NCBI RefSeq assembly: GCF_006345805.1 | Contig: NC_043009.1 | Location: 49,352,001 to 49,416,000 of the forward strand | Length of the DNA: 64,000 nt | Origin: Octopus sinensis | Taxonomy: Eukaryota | Reading direction: 5' to 3' | Shown here: one piece after another, positions 37,310-51,320 of the stretch | Position numbering within the stretch: position 1 is the stretch's first letter | Layout of the letters: every line of letters begins with the position of its first letter | Made by a program: the position numbers and the translations under genes | Notes under the pieces: generated by a model | Seen by the model: only the letters and a program-made list of their open reading frames with translations | What the model was told of the DNA's origin: nothing | Databases searched by the model: none

Positions 37310-37519
37310 CCCTTTCATTACCAACCCAGCTGAAACTGGCTCTGGCTCTGAGTACAAATGTCTTGTTTTGAATTAAAATCTTCCACCTAACCTTAGTCAC
37401 AATTTATGTTCCTAACATTAGCTGAATGATAACTAAGTTATTTTACTAAATTCTTTGTTATATCTAAAGTAATTGAAAGAAACACAGAGCATCTCAAAAT
37501 AAATGCAATAACGAAAGGG
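37310..37519. mobile_element. piggyBac-type MITE
   Basis: TTAA|CCCTTTC...GAAAGGG|TTAA, TSDs at 37306-37309 and 37520-37523. Confidence 0.88.
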
Positions 37520-38341
37520 TTAAATTGACTACTTATGAAGTGCCAGCTACAATTTCTATTACAACAACAGATATGCTATATTGTATATTTATGTTGTGAG
37601 TATGCATATATATTCATACACACATACATATGCATACTGCCATGTATATGAATATTTGTATATGCATGCATGTATGTATATCATTATTATTATCACCATC
37701 ATCATCACTTAATGTCTGTCTTCTATGCTGGTATGGGGGGGGGGCAGCAATTTGAGAAGAGCTGGTAAACCAGAGGACTATGACAAGCTCTGCTGTCTGC
37801 TTTGGCATAGTTTTTATGACATGGTGCCCTTCCTAACATCAACCACTGAGAGGGAACTGGGTGCTTTTTATGTGGCACCACACCAATGAGGTCCCCAAGT
37901 AACTTGCAAGACCCTCAACTGAGAGGGTGGTGGTGGTATTTAGGGAGGTGGCTTTGTGTCAGGTGATGAGTGGTTAGAATATGCAACCTTTTACATATAT
38001 ATATATATATCATTATGATACTTAATTCTTAAAATTATTACCCATTAATTAGGCTCTTGTTAGTTAAGAAGGTTTCTGACACATACATATGTGCGTATAC
38101 ATACATACATATATGACAAGTGTTACTGTACAGGTGTAATGTAAAATGAAATAAAAGAAAGCTCTGCTCCCCACATCTTGCTACAGTTATAGCAGAAAGA
38201 AATATTTTTAAAACTGAGTCTTAGTCAGTTGATACTCAGACTTTCTCATTTAACTTGTCAGTCATCTGAATAATGGGAACACATTAGACTCAGCTTCAAA
38301 TACACATTAGTGTACATTCATGTAAATGTGTGTGTGTGTGT

Positions 38342-39544
38342 GTAAGTTATTTGAGGACATACCTTTTTTGGGGTCATTGCTGTACTTTTTGCTAATACTG
38401 TATAATCTTTGCTTCAGAAAATAATAATGGCAGACCCTCAGCTTACTCAAGATATGAAGAGGCATGCTGTTATTGTGGTTATAAAGGCTGAGAAGAAATA
38501 TCTCGATTTTTACAAGCTATCAGATCTTTTTGTCTACAAAGTTTGTAAGGAACTGGAGACTGTAGATGGAAACGTGTCACCATTATCAAAGCATAAAGAG
38601 TATTCTAAATGCTCTGAAATCATCAGAATCCAGCAAGTTCAACAGACCGTTGATTACAATCCCAGAAAAATCCATGAGGTCAATTGCAAAAGATCTCCAT
38701 GTGTCTGAAGAAACAGTCAGAAATGTTGTCCACTAAGACATCAGATATAAGTCTTATATGATGAGAAAAAGTCAATTTGTTAGAAAAAGCAAAAGAAAAT
38801 CACTACATCAGATCTAAAAGGCTCTTAAACAAACTGAAAAATCCAGCAGAAGATTTGATTTGGTTTTTCTTAAACAAGAAAAACTTCGACCAAGATCAAA
38901 AAGTCAACAGAAGAAATGACAGATGGTTATGTGCAGATTCTTCTGAAGTTCCAAGTATTATGCATACAAAATTTCCTGCAACTATCATGGTTTTAGAGGT
39001 TGTCAGCAATGAAAGACATGTGATGTCTCCTGACTTCTTTCCACAAGGCTTTAGAGTTAACTCTGCCACCTACATTGAGGTCCTAGAAATAATTGTTAAG
39101 CCCTGGATAGACAGTGTATGCAATGGCAGGCCATGTGTGTTTCGGTAAGACTCTGCACTATCACACATGGCTCTAGTAACACAGGAATGGATGGCTGAAG
39201 ATTTTTATGATCACAACACCCCTAACATATGGCCTTTTAATTCCCCAGATCTCAATCCATTGGACTATTACATGTGGAGCGTTTTTGAGAGAGAGGTCAA
39301 TGAACACGCCCATAGCACCAAAGATTCTATGAAAGCTGCCATAGTCAGTGTAAAATGAACCAGGACCACTTGATTTGAGCATGTACATGATTTGGAGTTG
39401 TTGAAGCTGAAGGTAGCTTTATTGAATAACATTATAGAAAAGAAGGTTTATTTTTATCCTCAGCATTTTTTGATAAATAAAGTCATCTGTTATTAAATAT
39501 CTGTTTTTTTTTTATAAATATAAATCTGTCCTCAAATATCTTAC

Positions 39545-39552
<8 letters not shown>
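38342..39552 (+). mobile_element. Decayed maT-family (DD37D) Tc1/mariner transposon
   Basis: TIR cores GTAAGTTATTTGAGGAC (38342) and GTCCTCAAATATCTTAC (39528-39544); the left outer end is replaced by (TG)n. Confidence 0.85.
38427..39429 (+). pseudogene. maT (DD37D) transposase pseudogene
   Basis: Fragments WFFLNKKNFDQDQKVNRRNDRW, TKFPATIMVLEVVS, FR*DSALSH and WPFNSPDLNPLDY. 37 residues between D(SA) and (PL)D counted by hand; ends EGSFIE*. Confidence 0.9.
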
Positions 39553-39589
<37 letters not shown>

Positions 39590-39641
39590 GTTGAACACCA
39601 AGAATGAGTGCTCAACGCTGCATTAGTGGATAAAATTTCTT

Positions 39642-39757
39642 TGTATTAAGGCTACCATTGGTTTCATGTTAAGAAAAATATCTTAATATTGGCTTGAAAA
39701 ATTGTTAAGGCATTAAGATACTTTTATTAGCATGAAACTAATGGTAGCCTTGATACA
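39642..39757. other. ~45-bp-stem inverted repeat (hairpin)
   Basis: GTATTAAGGCTACCATTGGTTTCATGTTAA...TTAGCATGAAACTAATGGTAGCCTTGATAC; ~24-nt loop. Confidence 0.85.
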
Positions 39758-42371
39758 CACACACACACACACACATGCATACATATAACCTAGTAGCACA
39801 CAAATACACATACGACAATGAAAACACTGATATAAGTAAAACCAAAATTAAAACAAAAAAACACGAAAATAAAACAATATTTTTTTTTATTAATTAATTA
39901 AAAAGACAAATAAAACAAAACAAGAATAACTGAACAAACTAAATAATGGTTGCAAGCAAAAATTAAAATGTCAACTTTTGGATTAGAAGATTTTGTTGTT
40001 GTTGTGTTGTTGCTTAACCCCGAGTCAGCCCTGATTGAGTTGACTTATGGTCAGAAGCATTCCAGCAATGACCAATCCGTCTTTTTAATTTTTTTTATAT
40101 ATTTCATTTATAGTGTACTCTGGACTACACTATCCATTGCGTCCTTACTTAAGACGGCAGGGGGTGTTTTGAGGAAGATGTGGCTGCTATTTCGAGCAGT
40201 TCATGTGACCACAATGATGCTCTCTCATTAGCTTGTTATTTTTGTATATTGCGGTTGTTTTGTAGGGTTTTTTTTTTACAAAGGGAGGGAAAATGTTAGG
40301 GCAAGGTATATTGTATTTTTGTTAGTTGTTTTAGTAGATTTGTTTTTTTTTGTAGTTGTTGTTGTTGTTGTTAATATAATTATTAATTGATAATGTTAAT
40401 TATTGTTATTAGGCAACACCAGAAGAAATAAACAAACAGAAGAAAAATAAAATAAAATAAAAAATAACAACTTCTTCACAAAAATATCAATAAAAACATG
40501 AATAAGGTAAAAATTAAGATAAAATAAAATAATAAGTATGATAAAAACAAAAACAATAAAAAACACGTAGTTTGGGTGTGATGTGGAAATGGTTAGGATT
40601 TGAAACAGCTTATGTGTATATAAATACCCACACACACATACATATCAATATATATATATATATGTACATACATAAATACATGCATGTTTTTTATATATAG
40701 GTGTGTGTTGTATGTATGTATCTAAGTACTTATACCTTTATATTGTGTGTGTATGCTTCTAAGTACATACACCTTTACATATGTGTGTGTGTGTGCATGT
40801 GTGTGTATGTGAGTGTCATATGTGTAAACTATTTCAATTTTACATCATTTGTAAATAGAAAGAAATACAATATTAATTTTTTTTTTCTAATTATTTTTTA
40901 AACTTTTGGTATAAAAATAATTCCAAAATATTCCCAAATTGTGATGTGGTGGCAGGGATGCATAAATAATATACTTGCTTGGCTGACTTCACAGGTAAGG
41001 GAGCTGGTATTGATATATATATATATATATATGTAGATAGATTTCCTTCACTAAGGTGTGTGTGTGTGGGAAGAACTAACAGAACAGTGTGGGTCAGGTT
41101 AAAATTTACAACTTTAGAAAGCTATGTTTGTGTGTGTACACAAATATATATATATATGTATACATATATATAGATTTATATATACACACATATCAATCAA
41201 CAAAGCTATTTGGTGGTCAAAGTCATCGAAAAAAGGTCTTAGTATTTCAAGGATTATGTAACATAGCAGCAGTGATAATCAAAGTGGGGCTTTTGGGGGT
41301 GTGTGGGGGTAAGGTAAGGTTGAGAGGCAGTAGTAGTAGAGAAATCCTTAGAACACATTAATTTCTTTAAATCAAAGACATGACAATAATTTGAATTGAC
41401 AGGGAAGAAATACCAAAATTCAAATTACTAAGAAGATTGAAATATTTAATAATAATAATCCTCTCAACTATAGGTACAAGGCCTGAAATTTTGAGGGAAG
41501 GGGTGGGGGAATTGATTACAATGCTCCACCCCTGTACATAACTAGTACTTATTTTACTGACCTTGGAAAGATGAAAGGCAAAGTCAAACCCAACAGAATT
41601 TGAACTCAGTATAATAATATGTCATAGGTACGAGGCCAAAAATCTGTCAAAAGTTGAGTGTTAGAATATTAAGTCAACCCCAGGACTTGACTAATACTTT
41701 AATTTATTGCCCCCTAGCCCTGACCACATCCCGGGAAAAGTCAACCCTGTTAAAATACAGCTCCTATCTTTGATAGATATTTTTGTTACAAAAAGAGTAT
41801 AACTGATTTAAAATACATATGTATGTATTTTATCAGTTGACTCTCCACACCAATAGAATGTAAAGCCCAATGCTGACCTTGGCAAGATTTGAACTAAGAA
41901 CATAAACTAATTATATTACAATCTACATAAACTGATACACATGTGTGTGAGTGTGTAGGTGTGTTCATATCCGTATATGTGTTTTTTCAATACTTATTCA
42001 ATTAAGGAAGAGTAGTATCTGTGATAATTTACAAGGTCCCTGGGTAAGGGGAGGCAGGAAAGACGGAAAATGATCCTTAGATCTGAGACATGGATGAAAT
42101 ACTTGTCAGAGTGTGGACTCTGTTAAAGACACCCTATAGCCACATGATGGTGGTGGTGGTATGAAAGTGAACCAGCCAACAGTGTGAAAGTCAAATAGGA
42201 AATGAAACACATTTTTCTTTAATATTTATTCAGAAATATAGAAAAAAAGAGAAATGAAAAAAAAATAACAGTTTTTGTGAAAGAAACTATTTATTGTTGA
42301 TCATTTCAGGGGGTGGGGGAAATAAAAGAGAGAACCAGACAGCTTTAGAACATGGTTTGGAAAATAATAAT

Positions 42372-42402
<31 letters not shown>

Positions 42403-43069
42403 TAATAATAATAATAATATAAAAAAAATAATGATAATAATAATTTCAGTTTTTATGCATTGCCAACAGACCAGAATGAAAGTAAAGTTGGCATTTGTGT
42501 GTGGAAGTGGATTTCTGGATGGGTGGTGGGCAAGGAAAGATAATACACAGCAGGGGTAGGTGGGGAATGGGTGGGCCAAAGGGGTGTTTGTAGCATGGTC
42601 AAGTAGAGGAAGGTGAGGCTGAAGTTAGGCAATGGCACGATAACAACAACGTCACCAGTGACATCATCATCATCACCATCGTTACTAAAGACTGCCAGGA
42701 AGGAGGTAAAAAGGTAAGAGACACACCTGTCACATCCCTCAGGTGGTTCACTGATTTTGTTGTTGTTGTTTTATTATACAATAGTAGTAGCAGTAGTTGT
42801 AGTAGCAGCAGCAGTTGTACAAGAAATTACATTGTTAATTACATTTACAGATTTACAGAAAAAAAATATATAAACAAAAAAAGAGCTTATTTTATATTTT
42901 ATATATTTTTTTTTAGATTTCATCATCTTGTCCCTCTAATGATCAGATGAAACCAAACAAAAAAAAAAAACAAGAGGCAGGGGAGGTAGTGGAGGTGGTC
43001 AGATTTGGAGGAGAAAAAAGCAAAATAAACACTGAAATTATGGACAATATCTATGTGTGTGTCACTGTA

Positions 43070-43120
<51 letters not shown>

Positions 43121-44009
43121 GAATATATATATTTCTGTGTAAGAAAACAATTATTCTTTTGGATGTATTAAAAACCAGACCGTTCTAGATCTCTCTATTT
43201 TAAACAATTGCTATTTCTTCTTCACATTTTTGTTTCTTGCAAGTTTCTTTTCTATATCAGTATTTTCAAAACTATCGTCAATATTTCTAGATTTTCACGG
43301 TCTCAACTTCAGGGTGAAGTGGCTTATTCTGTCATGTGTTTCTGTCATTTTATTGTAGGCAAGGCCAATGAGATCCATGGAGACATAACTGATAGAATTT
43401 GAATTTTTTACCTGTATATGTATCACATACTCCACACACACACACGCATATGTATATAAAGTATGATGAGGCAACATTATCAAAACTTTGAAGTCCCAAT
43501 CAAGACCAATATTAACAAATCTTCACATACAAGGTCATTATTCAGTCAATATTTGTAGTATTTGAATCAACTATGTGTGTGTGTGTATGCATATGTATGA
43601 ATATATATATATATATACATGGCTACGTGTGTTTATGTATGTAAGCGATAACCTGCAGAAATAAAGATGCTACTGAACTGATGTAACATGATCTATAACT
43701 TACATGAAATCATTTGTATTTTAAGTGAATTTTTTGCTTAGAAATGGTAGGAATGGTTCAGCAAGGGTATAGAGAAATGCCAAAATGATGCCCACCCTCA
43801 CAAAAAAAAAATGTAAGTGTGGTTAAAAAAAACAATGACATTTTAAAAATTCTTGGAATGAGTTTTTTTTCCTATTTTACTTTTTGTTGGTTTGAACCTT
43901 TGATGGCTGTATCACTAATAATACATCAAGATACACTGAATATTTTGATATTTAACTGAGTTGAGATGGTTTTAAATTATATAAAAAAATAATATCATAA
44001 CTCTATCTA

Positions 44010-44355
44010 TTTGTATGTATATGCAAATATAAACATTCATATCTATAAACATGTATGCATATGTATATCCATACACACACACATACATATATGCACATAC
44101 ATATATATATATAAATATATATACACATACATACATACATACATATATACACACATACATATATATATATATAAATATATATATATACATACATATATAC
44201 ACACATACATACAAACAGATACACATAAATATATGTATGTATACATTTATCTAAACTGCAGATGTTGATTTACATAGCTTTTCAAAAACACACTCCTCTC
44301 ATATATATATACATATACGCACATGTATATATACACATACCTACATGTATGTATG

Positions 44356-44421
<66 letters not shown>

Positions 44422-44500
44422 ACATACACACATACATACCCATGTATGTGTCTGTACATACATATATAAACACTCACATACATCCATATGTGTATGTTTC
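44010..44500. repeat. Compound (TA/CA)n microsatellite field
   Basis: Direct inspection. Similar fields at 33670-33885, 47690-47950, 51960-52380, 60175-60610 and 61660-62080. Confidence 0.95.
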
Positions 44501-44973
44501 TGTGTGTATCTATTTATTGTTTGCTATCAAATTTAACTTGATAATATTCCCATCAGTTATAGCCCTCATTAGCAAAATCTATGAAACTAGCAAATTTTAG
44601 TGTGAAGGTGAGATGATGGTGGAATGGTGAAGGAAGCATAGAGTTGATTTATGGATCCCAGTATTTTACTGATCCCTAGAATGAAGTACAAAGTTGACGA
44701 TGGCAGGATTTGAATTCAAAACTGAAGGGCCATAAGGTATATTCCACAAAGCATTTTATCAACACCCTAATGATTTTTGTCATCCACCACTCTCCTAATT
44801 AATAATAAAAGTAATGATTTGGGGAGAGAATGTTAGTCAGTACCATTAGTCTCTGTACTAAGTACTCTGTTACTTTATTTTGTTAACACTGAAAGGACAA
44901 AAAGCAAAGGTGACCTTGTCTGGATTTCAACTCAAAACTTAGAGCCAGACGAAACATCTCAAAGCATTATATC

Positions 44974-45187
44974 TTTTCTACTCTAGAGGCACAAAACACG
45001 AAATTTTGGGCGCGGGGGTCAGTCAATTAGATCGACCCCAGTACACAACTGGTACTTAATTTATTGACCCCGAAAAGATGAAAGGCAAAGTCAACCTCGG
45101 CGGAATTTGAACTCAGAATGTAAAGAGAGATGAAATATCGCTAAGTATTTCGCCTGGTATGCTAACATTTCTACCAGCTCACTGCCT
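44974..45187 (-). mobile_element. SINE family B, B2 tail
   Basis: Near full-length reverse-complement copy. Confidence 0.85.
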
Positions 45188-48100
45188 TCAAAGCATTATA
45201 TCTGACATTCTAATGATTCTGCTAATCCACAAAATGGACAATAATCAAGATTTCTAAGATGGGCATGAGGTCTCAAAACTTTAAAGAGAAGGAAAGAAAG
45301 TTGATTAGATTGACACCTATATTTGACAGGTGCAATTTTTTTTAATAAATCACCATAGAAGGAGTAAAAGATCAAATCGACCCCCTGGTAGATATTTTTA
45401 ACTAGGGACATAAAAGGACGCTGCCACATACCATACTGCCAACTATTTTATCTGCTGCTCTACTAAAACTGCCACCAATTCAGAATAACAATAATAATAA
45501 CATAAAGGAAATAAATAAACATTCTAAAATAGGTTACAATAACATTTCTGTGTATATATGTGTGATCCAAACAAAGTTCTAATTTTCCTGGCTATCTTAG
45601 TCAATAATTTCATCATTTTTCGGCTTATATTTGCCTCTATATAGGAAGCGCTTTTTTTAGTTGGTAGGTTTGCCATTTTTTTCTTTTTTGTGTATTTTCT
45701 TTTGCCTTAAAGTTATTATTATATTTATTTACTTATATATTTCACAGACTTTTTTTTCATTATTTAATTTCAATTTATCATTTTTTTTTGCTTACAAAAA
45801 AGCAAATATGTAAAAAAAAAACGTTTTTTTTTTTAAAAATGGAAATGTTTTAAAAGGACACAAAATTGTCACAAAGATAATTTTGTACATGTGTGTGTAT
45901 TTAAATATAAAATGTGTGTGTGTGTGTGTATGTATGATATAAATATGTATATGTGTAAATTATATGTGTGTGTGTGTGTGTGCACGCATATATATATATA
46001 TGTATGTATATATACATATATACATACATACACGAATACATATTTACATGTATGATCATCAATTCAACACCCACTTTTCCATGGGCCAAATGGAATTCAT
46101 CAAAGCAAATTTTCTATGAATGGATGTCCTTCCTATTGCTATCACCTGTTTCCTAGCAAGGTAATATTTACTCATGGCCAGACATATTTTCATGAAAGAT
46201 AGGAAACAACACCGCTTATATGACAGTGACACTCATTTACATATATCTTGCAATATCAGGTCAAGTCAAGGAGACACAAATACAAATGTACACTCACATA
46301 TACAAAAAATATGTATATGCATGTGTGTGTCTCCATGTCGTAATATCATGCAAAGTTGTAAACAAGCATCTCTGTCGTACAAGCAGAGTTGTTAATTTCC
46401 ACTCATTATAAAAATTATGTCTAGCCATATTATATTATTATCTTGCTTGGAAACAGGTGTACAGTGGTGAAAGGCAGGATATCTGGCAGTAGAAAATCTG
46501 CATCAGTGAATTCCATTTGTCTCATGCAAGCATGGAAAAAATGGTGAGGATGCATGCATAAATATATATTATGCACTCATATCTGGCATGTGTATAGATA
46601 GGCAAAATACACACAACACACACACATATATAAATATATATATATGCTTACTTATACATGCATACATACACGGTGTATTTGTAGGTTGTTTGAAAAAAAT
46701 TAAATAAACACACACACAAAAATGAAACAACAGTAGAAAATTAACGTTAATAAAAGAAAACAGATTATTTTAATTTGGCAAGGTGTTGGTTCTCCTACTT
46801 CTTCATTTTCATCTTCTTTGAGTCTTCATATTTATCTATTTGTGTTAATATGTACATGCATACAGTTTGTATGTGTTAGGTAGGGAGATAGATAGGTAGG
46901 TAGGTCGGTAGGATTAAGGGTCAACAGGGCAAAATATGCTTATGGGATGACAATACTTCTTCCAAAGAGGTTTTTATTTTATTTTTGTTTTAAGTGTGTA
47001 CACAATGTACATACATACATACATACATACAATCATGCACACACACACATGCACACACAATTTAATTATAAACATCCATGGCTCTAAACATTGACAGCAG
47101 TAAACTCCTTTTTTTTTTTAATTAATTAATTAATTCATTCATAATATTTAATTTTTAATTTGCGCATGTTTTTTTTTCTTTAATGTGCAAATTAAATTTA
47201 AACAGCAAAACTAAAAACAAACAAAAATGGCTCATATTTTTTGTTTCTCAAATTTTGTTTCTTTGTTTTGTTGTTGTTGTTGTTGTTGTTGTTGTTATTA
47301 TTTCTCTCTCCCCAATATGGAGGAAAAAAATATGTGTGAAAAGACAAAGCAAAAAAATAATTATAATAATAAAAATAAAAAGTAAAATAAACAATAATTA
47401 TGAAGTTGTTACTTTTTTTTTCCATGAATATAATACACATACATCCCATACTCTGATACACATACATACTTGCATATGTACAATATACTTATATGAAAAA
47501 AAAATTGTTTTAAATGAAAATTAACAACAAAAATCCCACGACTATTTACATGTTTTTTTCCTTGTTTTTTTGCTTTTTTGTCATAAAAAAATCACTATTC
47601 TTTTTATTTATTTTTTTTTTGGAAGATTTCCATAGCAAAGATTATTTTTGCTTTCTTAATAACCATGATTTACAAAACACACATACATTCACACATACAT
47701 GTATATACACAAATATATATGTATATAAATACATACATATATATATATGTACATAAACATACATATTTACAGGCATATATACATACTTACACACACACAT
47801 ATATATATGCATATGCACATATAAATACATGTGTATGTATATATATGTACATACATGTGTATATATCTACATATACATACATGTGTGTATATATATATAT
47901 ATATATATACATAGACATGTGTATATATATATATATGCATGTGTGTATCCACAACCAACATTAGCAATGCTCCAAAAAATCTTCCATTCTAATATATTTT
48001 ACTAAAATGATAAAAAAAAATCTAATAATATAACATACAAGGTTTTGGATTGTTTTTCTGTTTGTTGTATATTGTTGCTGTTGTTGTAATTCATTTATCT

Positions 48101-48447
48101 TCAACAGTCATGGAAATAAAATACAGCTGAAAGAGTCCCCGATAATAATAATAACAACAATAATAATACTGTTGAGTTTTCTGTTATGTGGAATTTTTTG
48201 ACACCAAATATGAGTTTAATAATTATTTCTGGTCAATACTTCTAGTTTAATACATCCCCTCCTTTGCCTTCATCAAATACCAATTCCTTATTAATATTTT
48301 CTCAATACACTATAAATTTCATTTGTCACAAAGACCTTATTTTGTGTGTAATTGAAAAATCATAAATTTTATATATATATATATATATATATGCATATGT
48401 ATACATATATACATACATTAGATATATAAATAGATGAAGATAGATAT

Positions 48448-48536
48448 GGTTGGTCTATGGGGTCACCCTGGGTTTCACATCCATAAATCACTTAGCTTTA
48501 TGGACATGAGACCCAGGGTAACCCCCTAGACCGGCC
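48448..48536. other. GC-rich 40-bp-stem hairpin with 9-nt loop
   Basis: Manual pairing on the plus strand: 33 Watson-Crick, 3 G-U, 4 mismatches. Confidence 0.85.
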
Positions 48537-49507
48537 TTTTCTATCTTTATATACTCTACTGCTCTATAATGTAGAGTGTGCTTCTTTTTCAGATTTATGA
48601 TTTACTGATGATTTACATATATGTACACAGTGGGAAAAATTACTTTTAAAAATCTAACTATTTATTTATGTTTCAAGCTGATGATTAATTCTTTTGCAAC
48701 TCAGAGTTTTCCTCTTTTTTTTTCATTGTTTTTATCTTCTTGTAGGTGGCACCAGTGTGCTGGTCCCCTTTCTTTATACATGAAACAACCGAGCAACAAC
48801 GGAGTTAAACATCCAACTTCAAATAAATAAAGGGTACTCAAACCACATATTGAGTACTTCAACTTTTGCACATTCAAACACAAACACTCACTCACACACA
48901 CATATATAAATATAATAGTCTAACATTTCTAGATCTTTTTTAAAAAAATTTACTTTAAATTTATATCTCTTTTAACCATTTTATATGATTATTATTAACC
49001 AAAAAAGCAAAAAAAAAAAAAAATGGAAAATGGAAAAGAAAAGACAAATAATTTTGGCAGGAAAGAAATTGCAATTTAATTGTTTTGATATTTGTATACA
49101 TGTATTTAAATTTTTTTGTTTTTGTTTAATATTTGATACTGGAAGGGGTGGTGGTCATCATAGTCACAGTAGAGAACTAGGTATGAATGGGGATGGGGTA
49201 AGATCCATAACAAACAAATTCCTTGTTTTCAGCTCAGCAGTAATTAGTAAAACATAGGCTTACAATTTTATAAAATGTTCCTTATTTTCCAATTAATCAA
49301 ATACATATTTTTATTTTGTTGTTGTTGTTGCTGAGGTGGTTGTGGTGATTTGTAATTTCTAAGAGCTAAAATATTATCAGTAGGTTTGATAAGCTATGAA
49401 TATGTGATGCAGTGATTGGGCTAAGGTGCAACCTTCCCTAGTTATCCCATAAAAAACAATTATCATCAACTTTCAACTAACATATAACATCCAATTTCTA
49501 TTTTATG

Positions 49508-49541
<34 letters not shown>

Positions 49542-50779
49542 CTAGAACTCATTAAAATTTTTTTTTTCCACTTCAACTTGAAGATGTTTTTCAGTGCAAT
49601 AATAGTTACAGATAAACTCTAGCAATAAATAAAATGTTTTTTTTTTCTTGTTTAAAAAAAAAAGGACAAACAAAAAAAAAAATACAAAAATTAACAATAA
49701 TGAAATTTACAAAAAAAAAAATTGGTAATTAAACTGCACCTTAACTCTTTGGAAGGAATGGGTCGAAGAATGATTTTTTTTTTTCTCTTTCATTTACAAT
49801 GCTGAAACTTGAAATAAATTTAAGCTTTGCTGTTTTGTTTGTGTTTTTTATTTCTTTCTTTTTCAAAGACTTTGCATGAGGTAAGAAAGTTTATCAGTTT
49901 ATCACAATGACAAATAGTGAGAGAAGAAAATTAGATGAAATATAGCAATGACCAAAAAAAAAAATTAAATAAAAAAATTGGGGGGGTTGAGAGGACAGTC
50001 TTTTTGCGAAGAAAGCAACAAAAAGATAAAATACAAAAAAAAAAGTTGAAACACTAACAAATTATTTGAAGACCTCCAAAAGTAAAATTAAAATAAATAA
50101 AATAAAAATGCAAAAAAAAAAAAATATGCGGTCACAAATGCAGAAAGCTCCCAGATACTTCTACACATCATAACCTAGCCTCACCAAAAGAAAGGAAATG
50201 GGGAAAATATATCCTCCACATAAACTAACCAACCCAGGTATGAGAGTTTCTGTGTATGTATGTATGGTGTATGTATATATATATATGTGTCTATGAGGAA
50301 CAAGATAAAAACTATGAATTATTTACAAACAGTCTAGGAAAACCTCTAAATTTCTTGTTCTGATCTATATCATATATAAGTTATCACAAAAAATGCCAAG
50401 GGTCAGAGTTTTATTTTTGCTTCTTTTTTTAAAATTATAGATCAGATTGGAGTTAGGTACATTAACCTATAATGAGAAGTAAGCACTAATGAACTGAATA
50501 CAATCGTTAATGGCGTAGTTTTTGTGGGGTGTTTTTTTATTATTATTATTTTTCACATCATCAAAAATCTTCAGTGTTATGTTCCTGACAAATATTCTCT
50601 ATTGAATTACAATGGACTTTTTTTATTTGACTGCAATTAGATCTTGTAAAGTAAAGATAGTTTCTGACTCAGACCGTTTTTTTTTTTTTAACAAAGTGAA
50701 AGAAATCCCTCAGGCTTTTTGTCCATCACTCTAACAAGTCATCATATCAACCACTTTAATAACGGTTTCTAATTTAGGC

Positions 50780-51320
50780 AAAAGGCCAGCAATTTTGTAG
50801 GCGTGTTGGTTAATCAATAATGTCAATTGGCTATAGTACGATTTGAACTCAGAATGTAAAGAGCCAAAACAAATACAAAAAAACATTTTTCCAATGCTTT
50901 AATAATTATACCAATCTATCGCCCTAATCATGACACTGATATTTGTTTCTGATTTAGGACAAGGCCAGCAATTTAGAAGGAAGGAAAATTAGTCGATATC
51001 ATTGTCTTCAGTACTTGACTAGTACTTTATTTTATTGATACCAAAATATTGAAAGACAAAGTTGTCTTAGGATTTGAACTCAGAATGTGAAGTGCGGGAT
51101 GAAATACCATTGAAGCATTTCTCTAACACTGCAATAATTAAGCAAATCCATAGCTCTAATTATAATAATTATTATTTCTACTATAGGCACAAGACATAAA
51201 AATTTTGGAGGAAGTGGCAAGTCAACCTCATCAACACTAATACGTTACTGGTACTTATTTTATTGACCCTGAAAGAATGAAAGGCAAAGTTGACCTCAGA
51301 AGAATTTGATCTCTGAATAT
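50780..51320 (-). mobile_element. Cluster of three degenerate SINE B2 copies
   Basis: Repeated AAGGCCAGCAATTT / GATTTGAACTCAGAATGT / GAAAGGCAAAGTTGACC motifs. Confidence 0.7.

Noticed and set aside
42446-42781. Signal-peptide-like MVMMMMSLVTLLLSCHCLTSA followed by in-frame TGA and 50 more open codons (selenocysteine/readthrough)
   Set aside because: The hydrophobic part derives from (GAT)n/(GTT)n repeats, no SECIS-like hairpin was noticed, and a different frame is fully open.
48746-48808. Plus-strand acceptor followed by VAPVCWSPFFI, resembling the GPCR TM6 CWxPF motif
   Set aside because: It continues into polar residues and a stop after 20 codons; no TM7 or other GPCR exons were found. 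Likely chance.
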